Part shown: one piece after another, positions 29,968-38,432 of the stretch | Layout of the letters: each line of letters begins with the position of its first letter | Position numbering within the stretch: the stretch's first letter is position 1 | Assembly (NCBI GenBank): GCA_009015555.1 | Contig: GCA_009015555.1_3613.1 | Strand: one strand, 5' to 3' | Source of the DNA: a phage | Length of the DNA stretch: 64,000 nt | Position numbers and translations under genes: made by a program | Notes under the pieces: generated by a model | Told to the model about the DNA's origin: nothing | Databases searched by the model: none | The model's input: only the letters and a program-made list of their open reading frames with translations

Positions 29968-31200
29968 TTAGAAGGGGATGTCATCGTCGAAATCAACTTC
30001 CGGCGGAGTCATGTCGATATGACCGTTGCTGCTTGTCGCAGGAGTCGATTGTAGAGTCTCCGGTTTAGGGTCCACCTTAGGGTCAGGCTGGGACTGTGCA
30101 GTTTGTGCCACAGAGCCACCAGAACTTTGCTCACCCTTGACGTATGCAGATACGCCCGGGACAACCTCGCTCATGAGACCACGAGCATAAGCCAACAGCT
30201 TACCAGTGATCTCTTCTGGATTGTCGTTCTCACCAACCTGGATATCACGGGTGGCGTTCAGAACAGCATGGCCCACCATCGCACCCAGATCGTAATCAGA
30301 CATACCCTTGTTAGCCGGATCATTTGCAGCGTCCAGCTTCAGATGTTTGGTGACATCATGAACAACCTTGGCTACTTCCACCACCGGAGGGATAGTCAGA
30401 CCGCTACGACGCAGGTTCAGGGCACCGTTCAGTGCATGGCCCGTTTCCATACCGGAGTTGTCCTTCTTGAAACCACCTTTGGAACCGCCCGCACCTGCAC
30501 CAGCAGAACCTTTTGGACCGTAGGCTTTGAAACCTGACAATGTACCATCCTCAGCACGTTGCCCTGCCAGGCGACCACCCACCTGAACTTGGGCGATCTG
30601 CTCTTTGTTCAGAACCACAGAGACTTCATTACCGTTCTCATCCTTCACCACAGCGCCTGTATCGCTCAGGGAGAGGATTTCTCCGTAAACCTTAGTGGTT
30701 TTGCCACCTGGGGCGTTGGACGACGCAGAGGACGTCTGAGAGCCTCCTGCATTGCCTGCCGGGGCGGCATCACGGGCACCGGATTTGTCGGTAATAACGA
30801 TCTTGGATTTCTTACCCTCCGGGGCAGAGCGTTCGTTGCCGTCACTATCAGTCCACTTACGGATCTGGACAGGAACACGAATTGCCATACCCGGCTTCAG
30901 GTCAACCCATACTTCGCCTTCTTTTACCTGATACTGGCTTTCGTATTTCATGTTCTTCACTTCGTGAGTTCCGAAGCTGATCCACACCTGATCTTCACCG
31001 TTTTTAACCAGCAGAGATGCACGGTGAGTGGCAACGATAGTCTTACCCTTGTTCGGACCCTTGTTAATGGGGGTAATTTTCGGACTGCCGTCCTCGTTGA
31101 TGCGTTTAATGTTGATACGTTCGATAGTACCAACAGCCAGGCTTACCGTAGAGTTGTCGATCGGGTTAACTACTTCGGTAATTACTTTAACATCAGACAT
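29968..31200 (-). CDS. single-stranded DNA-binding-like protein with host-SSB-type acidic C-terminal tip (…VDFDDDIPF)
   Basis: 410 aa; RBS AAGGAGAAG; C-terminal nonapeptide matches the E. coli SSB C-terminal tip DFDDDIPF; Gly/Ser-rich linkers; N-terminal region compatible with OB fold. Confidence 0.5.
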   Translation of the reverse strand: MSDVKVITEVVNPIDNSTVSLAVGTIERINIKRINEDGSPKITPINKGPNKGKTIVATHRASLLVKNGEDQVWISFGTHEVKNMKYESQYQVKEGEVWVDLKPGMAIRVPVQIRKWTDSDGNERSAPEGKKSKIVITDKSGARDAAPAGNAGGSQTSSASSNAPGGKTTKVYGEILSLSDTGAVVKDENGNEVSVVLNKEQIAQVQVGGRLAGQRAEDGTLSGFKAYGPKGSAGAGAGGSKGGFKKDNSGMETGHALNGALNLRRSGLTIPPVVEVAKVVHDVTKHLKLDAANDPANKGMSDYDLGAMVGHAVLNATRDIQVGENDNPEEITGKLLAYARGLMSEVVPGVSAYVKGEQSSGGSVAQTAQSQPDPKVDPKPETLQSTPATSSNGHIDMTPPEVDFDDDIPF

Positions 31201-31285
31201 TCACTTCTCCTTCGAGGATAAACAAGGCCCCAGAATTGAGGCCAGGACAACAGGTTACCACATTTACTCAGAATTGCAAGGTGCC

Positions 31286-31471
31286 TTACCAGACACCGAA
31301 CCAAACGCCGACCCCGTGGATAACACCGACCGGGGCGAAGATAGCACCCGCAATCAGGAACAGCCACGACGCAGTTTTGATACACACCACAACGTGGGTG
31401 ATCCATGCGACGATGGATGCGATTACGATTGCCAGCCAACCCAGACCTAAACCTGCCAGTAACTTGTTCAT
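31286..31471 (-). CDS. small membrane protein (2 TM)
   Basis: 61-aa hydrophobic ORF with RBS AAAGGAGAGG. Confidence 0.5.
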   Translation of the reverse strand: MNKLLAGLGLGWLAIVIASIVAWITHVVVCIKTASWLFLIAGAIFAPVGVIHGVGVWFGVW

Positions 31472-31483
31472 TTCCTCTCCTTT

Positions 31484-31861
31484 TTACAAATAGACGCGCT
31501 GCACCTCTTTGTCTGCTTGATCAAACATCAAGTTTGCAGCATTAATGTCCTTAATCATCTCCTCCGTCATCTGATCCGGGCGCAATGCCCGCAGTGAACG
31601 TTTGAAGAGGACTTTCGGATCTTCAGTTACATCTCCCGACACATCGAACATCTTGATGATCATCTTCACCGGAACCTCACGAGAAATCTGTCCGCCGACG
31701 TTGATGGCGTATGTAGCCCCTACTTCAACTTGACGGTGGTCCAGTTCGTACATCAGATTCAGGTTAACGTATTTGTATTCGTCGCAGCGAGTAATGTTCT
31801 TCTGTGCCTGAACACAAACCCAGCCCGGCTCAACAAAAGTGTTATCGAAAATGCTCATCAT
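31484..31861 (-). CDS. hypothetical protein
   Basis: 125-aa ORF with RBS GAGGAAG. Confidence 0.55.
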   Translation of the reverse strand: MMSIFDNTFVEPGWVCVQAQKNITRCDEYKYVNLNLMYELDHRQVEVGATYAINVGGQISREVPVKMIIKMFDVSGDVTEDPKVLFKRSLRALRPDQMTEEMIKDINAANLMFDQADKEVQRVYL

Positions 31862-31889
31862 GTCTTCCTCATCAGTTAATGTTGTGACC

Positions 31890-31917
31890 AGTATACCTAC
31901 ATTCCCGTAGAAGTCAA
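31890..31917 (-). promoter_or_regulatory. sigma70-like promoter (TTGACT, 16-nt spacer, TATACT)
   Basis: -35 at 31917..31912 and -10 at 31895..31890 read on minus strand; overlaps stop of upstream gene. Confidence 0.4.
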
Positions 31918-32564
31918 CTTACTTTTGAAATTACCAGTTTTTGAACGTAGCCCTGCAACAGGGCGTAAGTTACACCACCCACATAACTACCGCCGACAGA
32001 GAGTCTCTCTCCGGCACCGAACCAGTTGGGAACAGAAAAGTTCTGAACTTCCCCGCTCACCATATTTCTCACACGGATCTGCCGAGAGTCCGGGTAAGTT
32101 TCGATCCGCAGATTAAAAACTTGGCCCTGATTACCATTGATCGAGCAACGAACATAATTTCCGCTGTTGTCTGTTGGGAACAATTGGTGCCCTCCAACCC
32201 CAACCATGCCATAATGCGCCAGTCCGGCGACGATCCTTGTGACGTAATCGCCAGAACACCACACCATCTGGGTTGCAGAAGGACTAAGGCTTTGGAAAAC
32301 AACCTCAATCACCATAGGATCTGTGGATAGATCCACTGAATACTGAGTTTGGAAATACCCTTGGCCTTGGGCAGGTATGAACTGCATGACCCTTCCAATC
32401 CCTGCAACATCGACTATCCTTGGGCCTGTGCCGACCAAAGAGAAGGTGTGGTTTTCAGACCAGTCCTTCAAAACAGTCTCGCCGAGAGATTGCCGTGTGG
32501 CATCCACGTAGAGAATGGCATCCTCTTTGCGAGATGACTTCCCTATAATCATTATCTCGTTCAT
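31914..32564 (-). CDS. N-tag family paralog E: ConA/LamG-like jelly-roll protein (N-terminus MNEIMIIGKSS)
   Basis: Track ORF 31914..32567 trimmed to ATG; LamG-like pattern; N-terminal motif shared with four other genes. Confidence 0.55.
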   Translation of the reverse strand: MNEIMIIGKSSRKEDAILYVDATRQSLGETVLKDWSENHTFSLVGTGPRIVDVAGIGRVMQFIPAQGQGYFQTQYSVDLSTDPMVIEVVFQSLSPSATQMVWCSGDYVTRIVAGLAHYGMVGVGGHQLFPTDNSGNYVRCSINGNQGQVFNLRIETYPDSRQIRVRNMVSGEVQNFSVPNWFGAGERLSVGGSYVGGVTYALLQGYVQKLVISKVS

Positions 32565-32935
32565 CAATTTCTCCGAGGTTTTAAAACACCTGATTTTGAA
32601 AGAGGGATCTCATCGGCATCTCTGCCTTTCTCTCCATCTTTCCCGTCCTTCCCGGCCTTTCCTGGTTTGCCCTCCGGGCCTGCCGGACCCGCTGGACCTG
32701 GCACATAAACATACTGCGGTTCAGTAAACGCTGCAATAAACAGCAGTATTGCCCAAGCAACACCATTCACCCACAGTGCAGGCCACATTGAAAAGAATAC
32801 CGACAGCGCCAGAATCAACATCGTATTCCGATGTTCTCTCTTGCGGGCCACGAAGTAAGGGACCAGCCAGAACAGTACAAATACCCAGGCCGAGCCTGAG
32901 AACAACGACCACATCACATCGACAAACTCTGTCAT
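32564..32935 (-). CDS. membrane protein with short collagen-like segment
   Basis: 123 aa; three hydrophobic helices then [27 protein letters not shown]. Confidence 0.5.
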   Translation of the reverse strand: MTEFVDVMWSLFSGSAWVFVLFWLVPYFVARKREHRNTMLILALSVFFSMWPALWVNGVAWAILLFIAAFTEPQYVYVPGPAGPAGPEGKPGKAGKDGKDGEKGRDADEIPLSKSGVLKPRRN

Positions 32936-33228
32936 TTGATCAGCCCCTCTTGGATTTTAATTTGGAGGATCTCCGCATCGATCGAGTAGGTATTGCTGGT
33001 TCGGGTGTAATCTGCATCCCGGTATCGACACATCACACCTTTGGCCTCGCCGTCTCGCTGGACCACCCAGCTTGTGTCATAATTGGGTTGGCTCTTACAC
33101 ACCTTGTGTAATGCCACTACCTCGGTCGGCATCAGCGATTTCTTCGACTCATAATGATCTGGTTTCCCGTCATCGAAAGGATTGCATCCCGAAAGCAGGA
33201 GCGCCGTTAATAAAATCAGTTTCTTCAC
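32932..33228 (-). CDS. lipoprotein (signal peptide with lipobox LLSGC)
   Basis: Track ORF 32932..33306; likely GTG start giving MKKLILLTALLLSGC-NPF; preceded by GGGGGTGG. Confidence 0.45.
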   Translation of the reverse strand: MKKLILLTALLLSGCNPFDDGKPDHYESKKSLMPTEVVALHKVCKSQPNYDTSWVVQRDGEAKGVMCRYRDADYTRTSNTYSIDAEILQIKIQEGLIK

Positions 33229-33377
33229 ATCCACCCCCAGTATTTCGAAAGTTCTGTGGAGATCATGATCCCCACGACATAAGTCATTGAGAAAACCACG
33301 GTCCAATACATGAACCGGGTCCCAGCCATCGCTACCATAATGAACAATATAACAAAAGTTTCAGGCGCGATCAACAT
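33225..33377 (-). CDS. small membrane protein (50 aa, 2 TM), not in ORF track
   Basis: ATG 1 nt after upstream stop; hydrophobic MLIAPETFVILFIMVAMAG...; stop overlaps lipoprotein start. Confidence 0.35.
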   Translation of the reverse strand: MLIAPETFVILFIMVAMAGTRFMYWTVVFSMTYVVGIMISTELSKYWGWM

Positions 33378-33790
33378 TTTGTTGCTCCCTTGCGACGTTT
33401 ATCTTCATCTTCAATAGCCTCGTCTTCTGCCCGGGCCAAGATCTGATAGATTGTCTCTGGATTGTCGAGGAACTCTGTATACTTCTTGATCCTCACTGCC
33501 AACTTGCCACGGATCTTACGCTCCTGCATCTGCTGGTTCTGCATGAAACCACGCTGGTACAGGATGAAATAGTATACCTGCTTTGCTCGATTACGATCGC
33601 AACCCAGTGCATGGGCGAAGTCATTGAAGCAGTCGCTGTCGTGTTTGACCATGAAAATGTCCCAGAACACCTCACGCGCTTTTGCAAGCTCCTCGGGAGT
33701 CACTTTTGGGAACTCCGGGTCGCCATAGCGTGGATGCTTTTTGCCAGCCCACTCGGGTTTTGCCGGATAAACTTTTCTTGTATTGCTCAT
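33371..33790 (-). CDS. hypothetical protein
   Basis: Track ORF 33371..33805 starts at TTG; ATG at 33790 has GAGGAG upstream. Confidence 0.5.
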   Translation of the reverse strand: MSNTRKVYPAKPEWAGKKHPRYGDPEFPKVTPEELAKAREVFWDIFMVKHDSDCFNDFAHALGCDRNRAKQVYYFILYQRGFMQNQQMQERKIRGKLAVRIKKYTEFLDNPETIYQILARAEDEAIEDEDKRRKGATKC

Positions 33791-33828
33791 TTCATCACTC
33801 CTCAAGGTAAAACGTTATTCCACAGGAT

Positions 33829-33844
33829 GGGGGCCGAAGCCCCC
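33829..33844 (-). promoter_or_regulatory. GC hairpin with UUCG loop (GGGGGCUUCGGCCCCC), no U-tract
   Basis: Perfect stem in intergenic region after gene 33857..34549. Confidence 0.4.
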
Positions 33845-33856
33845 GATATTACTTAC

Positions 33857-34549
33857 TTAATCACAGGACGAGGAACTTGAACCGCTGTCATACGAACTGG
33901 AGTCGTAAGAACTGCTGGAAGAAGAACCATAGCTCGAACTGCTGTAGCTGTCGTCAGAAGACGAGTAGCTTGAACTGTACGTTGAGGTCGCAGAGGAACT
34001 GCGGCACTCTTCCACCGGGGCAGGCTGCGCCGCCGGGGTGTCGTCACTCAGGATCGCTCCGGCTGCATAGCCGTACATCGCCGCGTTTACGGGATCAATA
34101 CCGTGAGAAACGACATGACCACCTGTGCTGTGCGGGGTATCGTCAAGACGTCGGCTTGGGGCCGGAGAACCGGACATCTTAGCCTGCTTGATGAACTGAC
34201 GCTTCGCCTTCGGCGGTAGAGTCTTACCCTTCGCATACGCTGGCAGTTCCACACCTTTAAGCTGCTCGTTCAGAGGCTTTGGTGGGGTCTTTTCCACCGG
34301 GGCCTCACGAACAGTCTGGCGAGTTTCTACTGTCACCACGCGCTTGGTGTTTTCTGCTACATTTGCACTTACCAAGACTTGGTTCTTTTCCAGAGGCTCG
34401 TCCAGCGGACGGGTTTCAGCCTTGGTAAAGCGTACCTGACTTACGGTCTGGGCCTGAGATTGTTTGGCGATATACTCGTCAACCTTTGCGTCTTCGATCT
34501 TCGCCGGGGCGAACAGGGCTTTGATCCACGCCACAAATTTCTTGATCAT
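33857..34549 (-). CDS. hypothetical protein with Ser/Tyr-rich low-complexity C-terminal tail
   Basis: 230 aa; RBS AGGAGA; C-terminus SSSATSTYSSSYSSSDDSYSSSSYGSSSSSSYDSSSYDSGSSSSSCD. Confidence 0.55.
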   Translation of the reverse strand: MIKKFVAWIKALFAPAKIEDAKVDEYIAKQSQAQTVSQVRFTKAETRPLDEPLEKNQVLVSANVAENTKRVVTVETRQTVREAPVEKTPPKPLNEQLKGVELPAYAKGKTLPPKAKRQFIKQAKMSGSPAPSRRLDDTPHSTGGHVVSHGIDPVNAAMYGYAAGAILSDDTPAAQPAPVEECRSSSATSTYSSSYSSSDDSYSSSSYGSSSSSSYDSSSYDSGSSSSSCD

Positions 34550-34761
34550 ACTTTCTCTCCTTTCTCGTTGAGAACAGTTAGGTAATTGGTGCCCAGCAAG
34601 CCAGCGGAGATCAGATCATCAATACCCGCCTGCCCGGTAAGGCCGTCTTCGAAACAATCCTTCAGATTGTCGTTGTTGAGCATCCAGTTATTGGCGGCTT
34701 CCTCTGAAGTAAACAGAACGCCCTCCTGACCAACATCCCATTCGCAGAAAATCTCAAACAT
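34546..34761 (-). CDS. hypothetical acidic protein
   Basis: 71-aa ORF with RBS GAGGAGGAAG; stop overlaps next start. Confidence 0.5.
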   Translation of the reverse strand: MFEIFCEWDVGQEGVLFTSEEAANNWMLNNDNLKDCFEDGLTGQAGIDDLISAGLLGTNYLTVLNEKGEKV

Positions 34762-34762
34762 C

Positions 34763-35092
34763 TCACTTCCTCCTCTTATTGTAAACTTCCCTCGCCCATT
34801 TCACAGCCGCTTCAAGTACGTCTCCGTGACATGGGTGGGGATGACAAAAGCATACCAGATCTTTACCTTCCAAATCAAGAAGATCTTCAATGGTAATTTT
34901 CCCGGTACGAATCTGTTCCCACAACCAAACACGGTAGCGTTCGATAGTGGCCCCTCTCGGCTCGTCTTTCGACAGCTTGAAGGGGTTTGCAAACTTAGAC
35001 TGCTGTAGCCCGAAGTGGGGCATCCTGCGTCCTATGTATACAGCATTATCCGGGATTACTTTACTCAGGTGGTAAAAGTTAAGGACCGCCAT
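34763..35092 (-). CDS. DUF4326-like protein
   Basis: 109 aa; N-terminal YIGRRMP...SKFANPF and C-terminal CFCHPHPCHGD Cys/His cluster resemble DUF4326 family as I recall it. Confidence 0.4.
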   Translation of the reverse strand: MAVLNFYHLSKVIPDNAVYIGRRMPHFGLQQSKFANPFKLSKDEPRGATIERYRVWLWEQIRTGKITIEDLLDLEGKDLVCFCHPHPCHGDVLEAAVKWAREVYNKRRK

Positions 35093-35382
35093 TATCGGTC
35101 GGCCTTTAACTTCTTGTCAACCTCCGCCACCATACGGTTCAGTTCAGCCATTTCTTCGTCCAGCTTCTTGTTGATAGGTTTCCCAAACAACCAGAATTTA
35201 TCCTTCGCAAAGTCCACCTTGTCGGCTGTCCACTGGCAAAGGTCTTCCAACTTTCCCGCCAGGAAACTGCCAAAGGCAGCGAGCAGGCTGAACGGAATCA
35301 GTACCGCACGATGTGGGTTAAGCACAATGAGCGCCGTCAGCAGAAGAATGACTTTAGCAAACTTCGACAATACCTTCAACAT
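35092..35382 (-). CDS. membrane protein
   Basis: Track ORF 35092..35403; ATG 35382 with GGAG; hydrophobic N-terminal half. Confidence 0.45.
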   Translation of the reverse strand: MLKVLSKFAKVILLLTALIVLNPHRAVLIPFSLLAAFGSFLAGKLEDLCQWTADKVDFAKDKFWLFGKPINKKLDEEMAELNRMVAEVDKKLKADR

Positions 35383-35383
35383 T

Positions 35384-35617
35384 TTATCGCTCCAAAAGTT
35401 CAACAGCTTGATTCACCAACGCTTGCAGTTTGAGAAGGCCCGCTTTGTCGAGGAGTATGATATCGCAGCCTTCATCATCCCCTCCTTGGTTCAACCCGAA
35501 AGATGAGGATGTTTTGCACACCCACACTTCGGTTTCCCCACCAAGATCCCCGCCATCAATTTTGGCATGGTAGGTCTCAAACTCCGGACGGATACTTGGG
35601 TCAAGTACCAGCTTCAT
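35384..35617 (-). CDS. hypothetical protein
   Basis: 77-aa ORF; start overlaps upstream stop. Confidence 0.5.
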   Translation of the reverse strand: MKLVLDPSIRPEFETYHAKIDGGDLGGETEVWVCKTSSSFGLNQGGDDEGCDIILLDKAGLLKLQALVNQAVELLER

Positions 35618-36018
35618 CAGTTCCCCTCCAAACGAACATGTGGGTCAGCAAGATCATCCAACCCGTAATCCCAGAGGTCCATCCCGAAGTGACGAACGCC
35701 ATCCTCTGGCTCGTAGCCCGGTCGGGTGCATGGAGACACCCAAATACCTTCGACATTTGCTTCGATAAGCCCCTCGACACCAATACGGCTGTATGTCAGA
35801 TAAGGGACCAACACCGGGTCTTTTTCGCCGCAGCCGCAGTCACAGACCCATGCTTTTCCTTCCCCGATATACGGAAGTTTCTCTGCCGGGATGAAATTTA
35901 ACTGTGCCAGAGGGAATCTTTGGATCATCGCCGCCTGGTAGTCCGGGCCTACCAACCCGGATACGAAAGCATTGACTTCTTCAGATTGCTTCTCAACGAG
36001 TTCGCCGTTATTTAGCAT
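35617..36018 (-). CDS. hypothetical protein with CDCGCG motif
   Basis: 133-aa ORF with RBS AAGGAG. Confidence 0.5.
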   Translation of the reverse strand: MLNNGELVEKQSEEVNAFVSGLVGPDYQAAMIQRFPLAQLNFIPAEKLPYIGEGKAWVCDCGCGEKDPVLVPYLTYSRIGVEGLIEANVEGIWVSPCTRPGYEPEDGVRHFGMDLWDYGLDDLADPHVRLEGN

Positions 36019-36355
36019 CCAAAAGCTCCTTCTTGGTTTTGATTTCCTGATTAACTTTCACGTAAACATCCTTGGCGATCGGCTTGTAACAGCGGTTGTC
36101 AGAGAAGATGTACCCGGCCTGTTTGGCTTCGTACTTCTCACACGTTGCATAGTGACGCTTGTAATCACCGTAGTCCATACGAATGACCAGGGGAGACAAG
36201 ATGAACCCCCAAAAAATAACCCCAACCCCCACACCTGCCAGTTTATATTTCCATGACTCACCGAGGCCCTGTACAAATCCAAAAAGTGCGCCTGCAATCA
36301 CGAACACCAGGATAACTTCAGCGTTTTGCATCAAAAACTCAAAGAAACCAATCAT
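36008..36355 (-). CDS. membrane protein
   Basis: 115 aa; two or three hydrophobic helices; RBS AAGGAGAAG. Confidence 0.5.
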   Translation of the reverse strand: MIGFFEFLMQNAEVILVFVIAGALFGFVQGLGESWKYKLAGVGVGVIFWGFILSPLVIRMDYGDYKRHYATCEKYEAKQAGYIFSDNRCYKPIAKDVYVKVNQEIKTKKELLDAK

Positions 36356-36365
36356 CTACTTCTCC

Positions 36366-36587
36366 TTAAAAATCAAACTGTTTAGTTAACTTTTTCATCG
36401 TGCCCTGATAAGACGGGTGTAGTTTGTAATTACACCCCTTCTCAACACACCAATCCGAAGCGGGGTTACGAAGCGCCACCAAACCACACCAGGCGCAGAC
36501 TTGCTTGCCTGCGTGTTTGTCCAGATAGAAGTGGTGACGCTCATAATGGTACTCTTCTTTCTGGCCCTTGTCTACCTTTTTCACCAT
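36366..36587 (-). CDS. small zinc-ribbon-like protein
   Basis: 73 aa; CAWCG...C..KGC cysteine pattern; RBS GGAGA. Confidence 0.5.
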   Translation of the reverse strand: MVKKVDKGQKEEYHYERHHFYLDKHAGKQVCAWCGLVALRNPASDWCVEKGCNYKLHPSYQGTMKKLTKQFDF

Positions 36588-37255
36588 CCGAATTTCTCCG
36601 TTGGGAGGTAAACTTGCTGCTGATTACGCAGAACCAGCCGCAGATCTTTTTGTGGCTCAAGATAGTCAGTCTCGGTCACACGAATAAGGTATCGCCAGCC
36701 CGGCGCACGGGCCTGCTGTGCGGTGTGAAGTTCCCACCAGTCCCATTCCACCACCTGCCCATCCGGTGCGTCGTAGGTGTCGAGAAGGCCCTTATTGTCC
36801 ATCTCACAAACCTGACTGGAGATTCCGGCGTACAGGTTCGGGAGGTTCTCCGTCACGAGGTTGATGTTTCGTGAGGCAATGAACTTCGTCGGGCAATCTC
36901 CGCCGACAACCAGCAGGTGGTAACGAGGTGAGTCGGAACCGATCTGCATGTGGATGTGCGGAGCGCCGGAGGCCGGAGACAGAGACTTCCCGCCACGAGG
37001 AACGCCGTCCGTGTGCCAACCAGGGATCGCAGGGATCATACCCGGCATTAGCATGTGGGTCTTCACGTCAACCACGATATGCTTTTTGTCGCCACGGATG
37101 TTCATCGCTTGCAGGGCGGCGCGGGTCACGTCCCCACCGAAGCGGAAAGCATCATCGAACGATGCGTTCCACAGGCCCTGTGTGTTCTTGATGTCGTCCT
37201 GAGACGGCTTCTCGATCTTATTGCCAAACTGTACTTCGCCACGGTTAAATTTCAT
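36581..37255 (-). CDS. Fe(II)/2-oxoglutarate dioxygenase-like protein
   Basis: 224 aa; PGWHTDG motif resembling the HxD iron-binding dyad of TauD-type dioxygenases, with downstream histidines; call from motif only. Confidence 0.35.
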   Translation of the reverse strand: MKFNRGEVQFGNKIEKPSQDDIKNTQGLWNASFDDAFRFGGDVTRAALQAMNIRGDKKHIVVDVKTHMLMPGMIPAIPGWHTDGVPRGGKSLSPASGAPHIHMQIGSDSPRYHLLVVGGDCPTKFIASRNINLVTENLPNLYAGISSQVCEMDNKGLLDTYDAPDGQVVEWDWWELHTAQQARAPGWRYLIRVTETDYLEPQKDLRLVLRNQQQVYLPTEKFGW

Positions 37256-37264
37256 TTCGTCACC

Positions 37265-37513
37265 TCATTGATATTGGGCTTTCCAGGTAATTCGTCCGGT
37301 CTTGCATACAAACTTGTCTTCAACAACCAAGCCGCTGAAGGCACCGTCCGGGGCGTTGACCACGGAGTTGACCATCCGCTGCTCCCCAGTCTTTACACAT
37401 CCGTCCTTGAAGTCTTGGTATTCCTGCATCAGGTAACCAACGAGACCAAGTATAATCAAACCGCCGATGAAAGTAAACCACAATTTGAACCAAAAGTTAC
37501 TATTTTTACGCAT
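37265..37513 (-). CDS. small membrane protein
   Basis: Track ORF 37265..37567 trimmed to ATG 37513; one TM helix (FWFKLWFTFIGGLIILGLVGYL). Confidence 0.45.
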   Translation of the reverse strand: MRKNSNFWFKLWFTFIGGLIILGLVGYLMQEYQDFKDGCVKTGEQRMVNSVVNAPDGAFSGLVVEDKFVCKTGRITWKAQYQ

Positions 37514-37742
37514 CCGAACCCCCGAAGATCTTGTACGCCTTGCTGTAATCAATGTGCCCTTCCACAACGTGAGTCTCTTTCTTCAGGCACTTGCAGCAGA
37601 TCCGGTACACATTCGTCTGCTTCGACTCCGGGACAACGTATGCCGGAGTGTCGTGGTGCCGAGTGACGTGCAGGTTCTGGGTTATTTCCCAAGTGTGGTC
37701 GCAGGTACGCTCTTTCTTTCTCTTTTTGCTGAACCAACCCAT
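37506..37742 (-). CDS. small zinc-finger protein
   Basis: 78 aa; CDH...CCKC pattern; RBS GGGGGTG. Confidence 0.5.
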   Translation of the reverse strand: MGWFSKKRKKERTCDHTWEITQNLHVTRHHDTPAYVVPESKQTNVYRICCKCLKKETHVVEGHIDYSKAYKIFGGSDA

Positions 37743-37743
37743 C

Positions 37744-37962
37744 TTACACCCCCGGTGGTAAAGTTACGCCGCCGACGCTACGGCAGGCTGACAGGTACTG
37801 GGCTTGCGCCCGTCCGGCGTGAGCACGAAGCTCCTCATTCTCAATGTTCTGGCACTCAATGAACTGGAGCATTTCCCACAGTTTGTCGATAAGGACATCT
37901 TTCTTCAGGGATTTCCAGTGTTTGCGGAAGGCAACCTCATCTTCACTCATCAGTCTTTTCAT
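37744..37962 (-). CDS. hypothetical protein
   Basis: Track ORF 37744..38085 trimmed to ATG 37962 overlapping upstream stop (TAATG). Confidence 0.45.
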   Translation of the reverse strand: MKRLMSEDEVAFRKHWKSLKKDVLIDKLWEMLQFIECQNIENEELRAHAGRAQAQYLSACRSVGGVTLPPGV

Positions 37963-38330
37963 TACATCTTCCTCATTTTCTTGATGTTTTTTGGGGACAC
38001 GTAAGAGATATTGTTGAAAATCTTCATCTCTTCGGTGGAAACGCACACATTGTCTGTTTCTGCACAGAACGTACTGCCGAGCCACACGTACATGCAGCGC
38101 TCATCGCCGATGCCGAAGCATGGCTTGTCCCGGAGGTCACCGAAGATAAAGTTTTCATCCTTGTCCATCGGTTTCCCGTCAATAAAGATAATATACCCCT
38201 CGTCCTTTAGTTGCTGAATCTCAAAGGCCCGGTCAAAACCCTTCATGAAGCGACGGTATGAAGACTTATTCATGAAATCACTTTCGTGGATGATTGCAGA
38301 ACTTACCTGCGTGATTTTGGTGTTGGTCAT
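37962..38330 (-). CDS. hypothetical protein
   Basis: 122-aa ORF with RBS AGGAAAAG; first gene after promoter at 38360-38388. Confidence 0.55.
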   Translation of the reverse strand: MTNTKITQVSSAIIHESDFMNKSSYRRFMKGFDRAFEIQQLKDEGYIIFIDGKPMDKDENFIFGDLRDKPCFGIGDERCMYVWLGSTFCAETDNVCVSTEEMKIFNNISYVSPKNIKKMRKM

Positions 38331-38359
38331 GTCTTTTCCTCTTTGTTGTCGATGAGAGG

Positions 38360-38388
38360 ATTATGCGGGAAATCAGGAAGGAAGTCAA
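38360..38388 (-). promoter_or_regulatory. sigma70-like promoter (TTGACT, 17-nt spacer, CATAAT)
   Basis: Consensus-like hexamers on minus strand between terminator and gene 37962..38330. Confidence 0.5.
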
Positions 38389-38400
38389 CAATTTTGTGCA

Positions 38401-38427
38401 AATAAAAAGGCCACCCGAAGGTGGCCT
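38401..38427 (-). terminator. rho-independent terminator
   Basis: GGCCACC-TTCG-GGTGGCC stem followed by TTTTTATT on minus strand. Confidence 0.55.
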
Positions 38428-38432
38428 TAATC

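Noticed and set aside
31182-31439. 85-aa Arg-rich ORF overlapping the membrane-protein gene 31286..31471
   Set aside because: Alternative frame with out-of-frame composition; the hydrophobic frame has a strong RBS.
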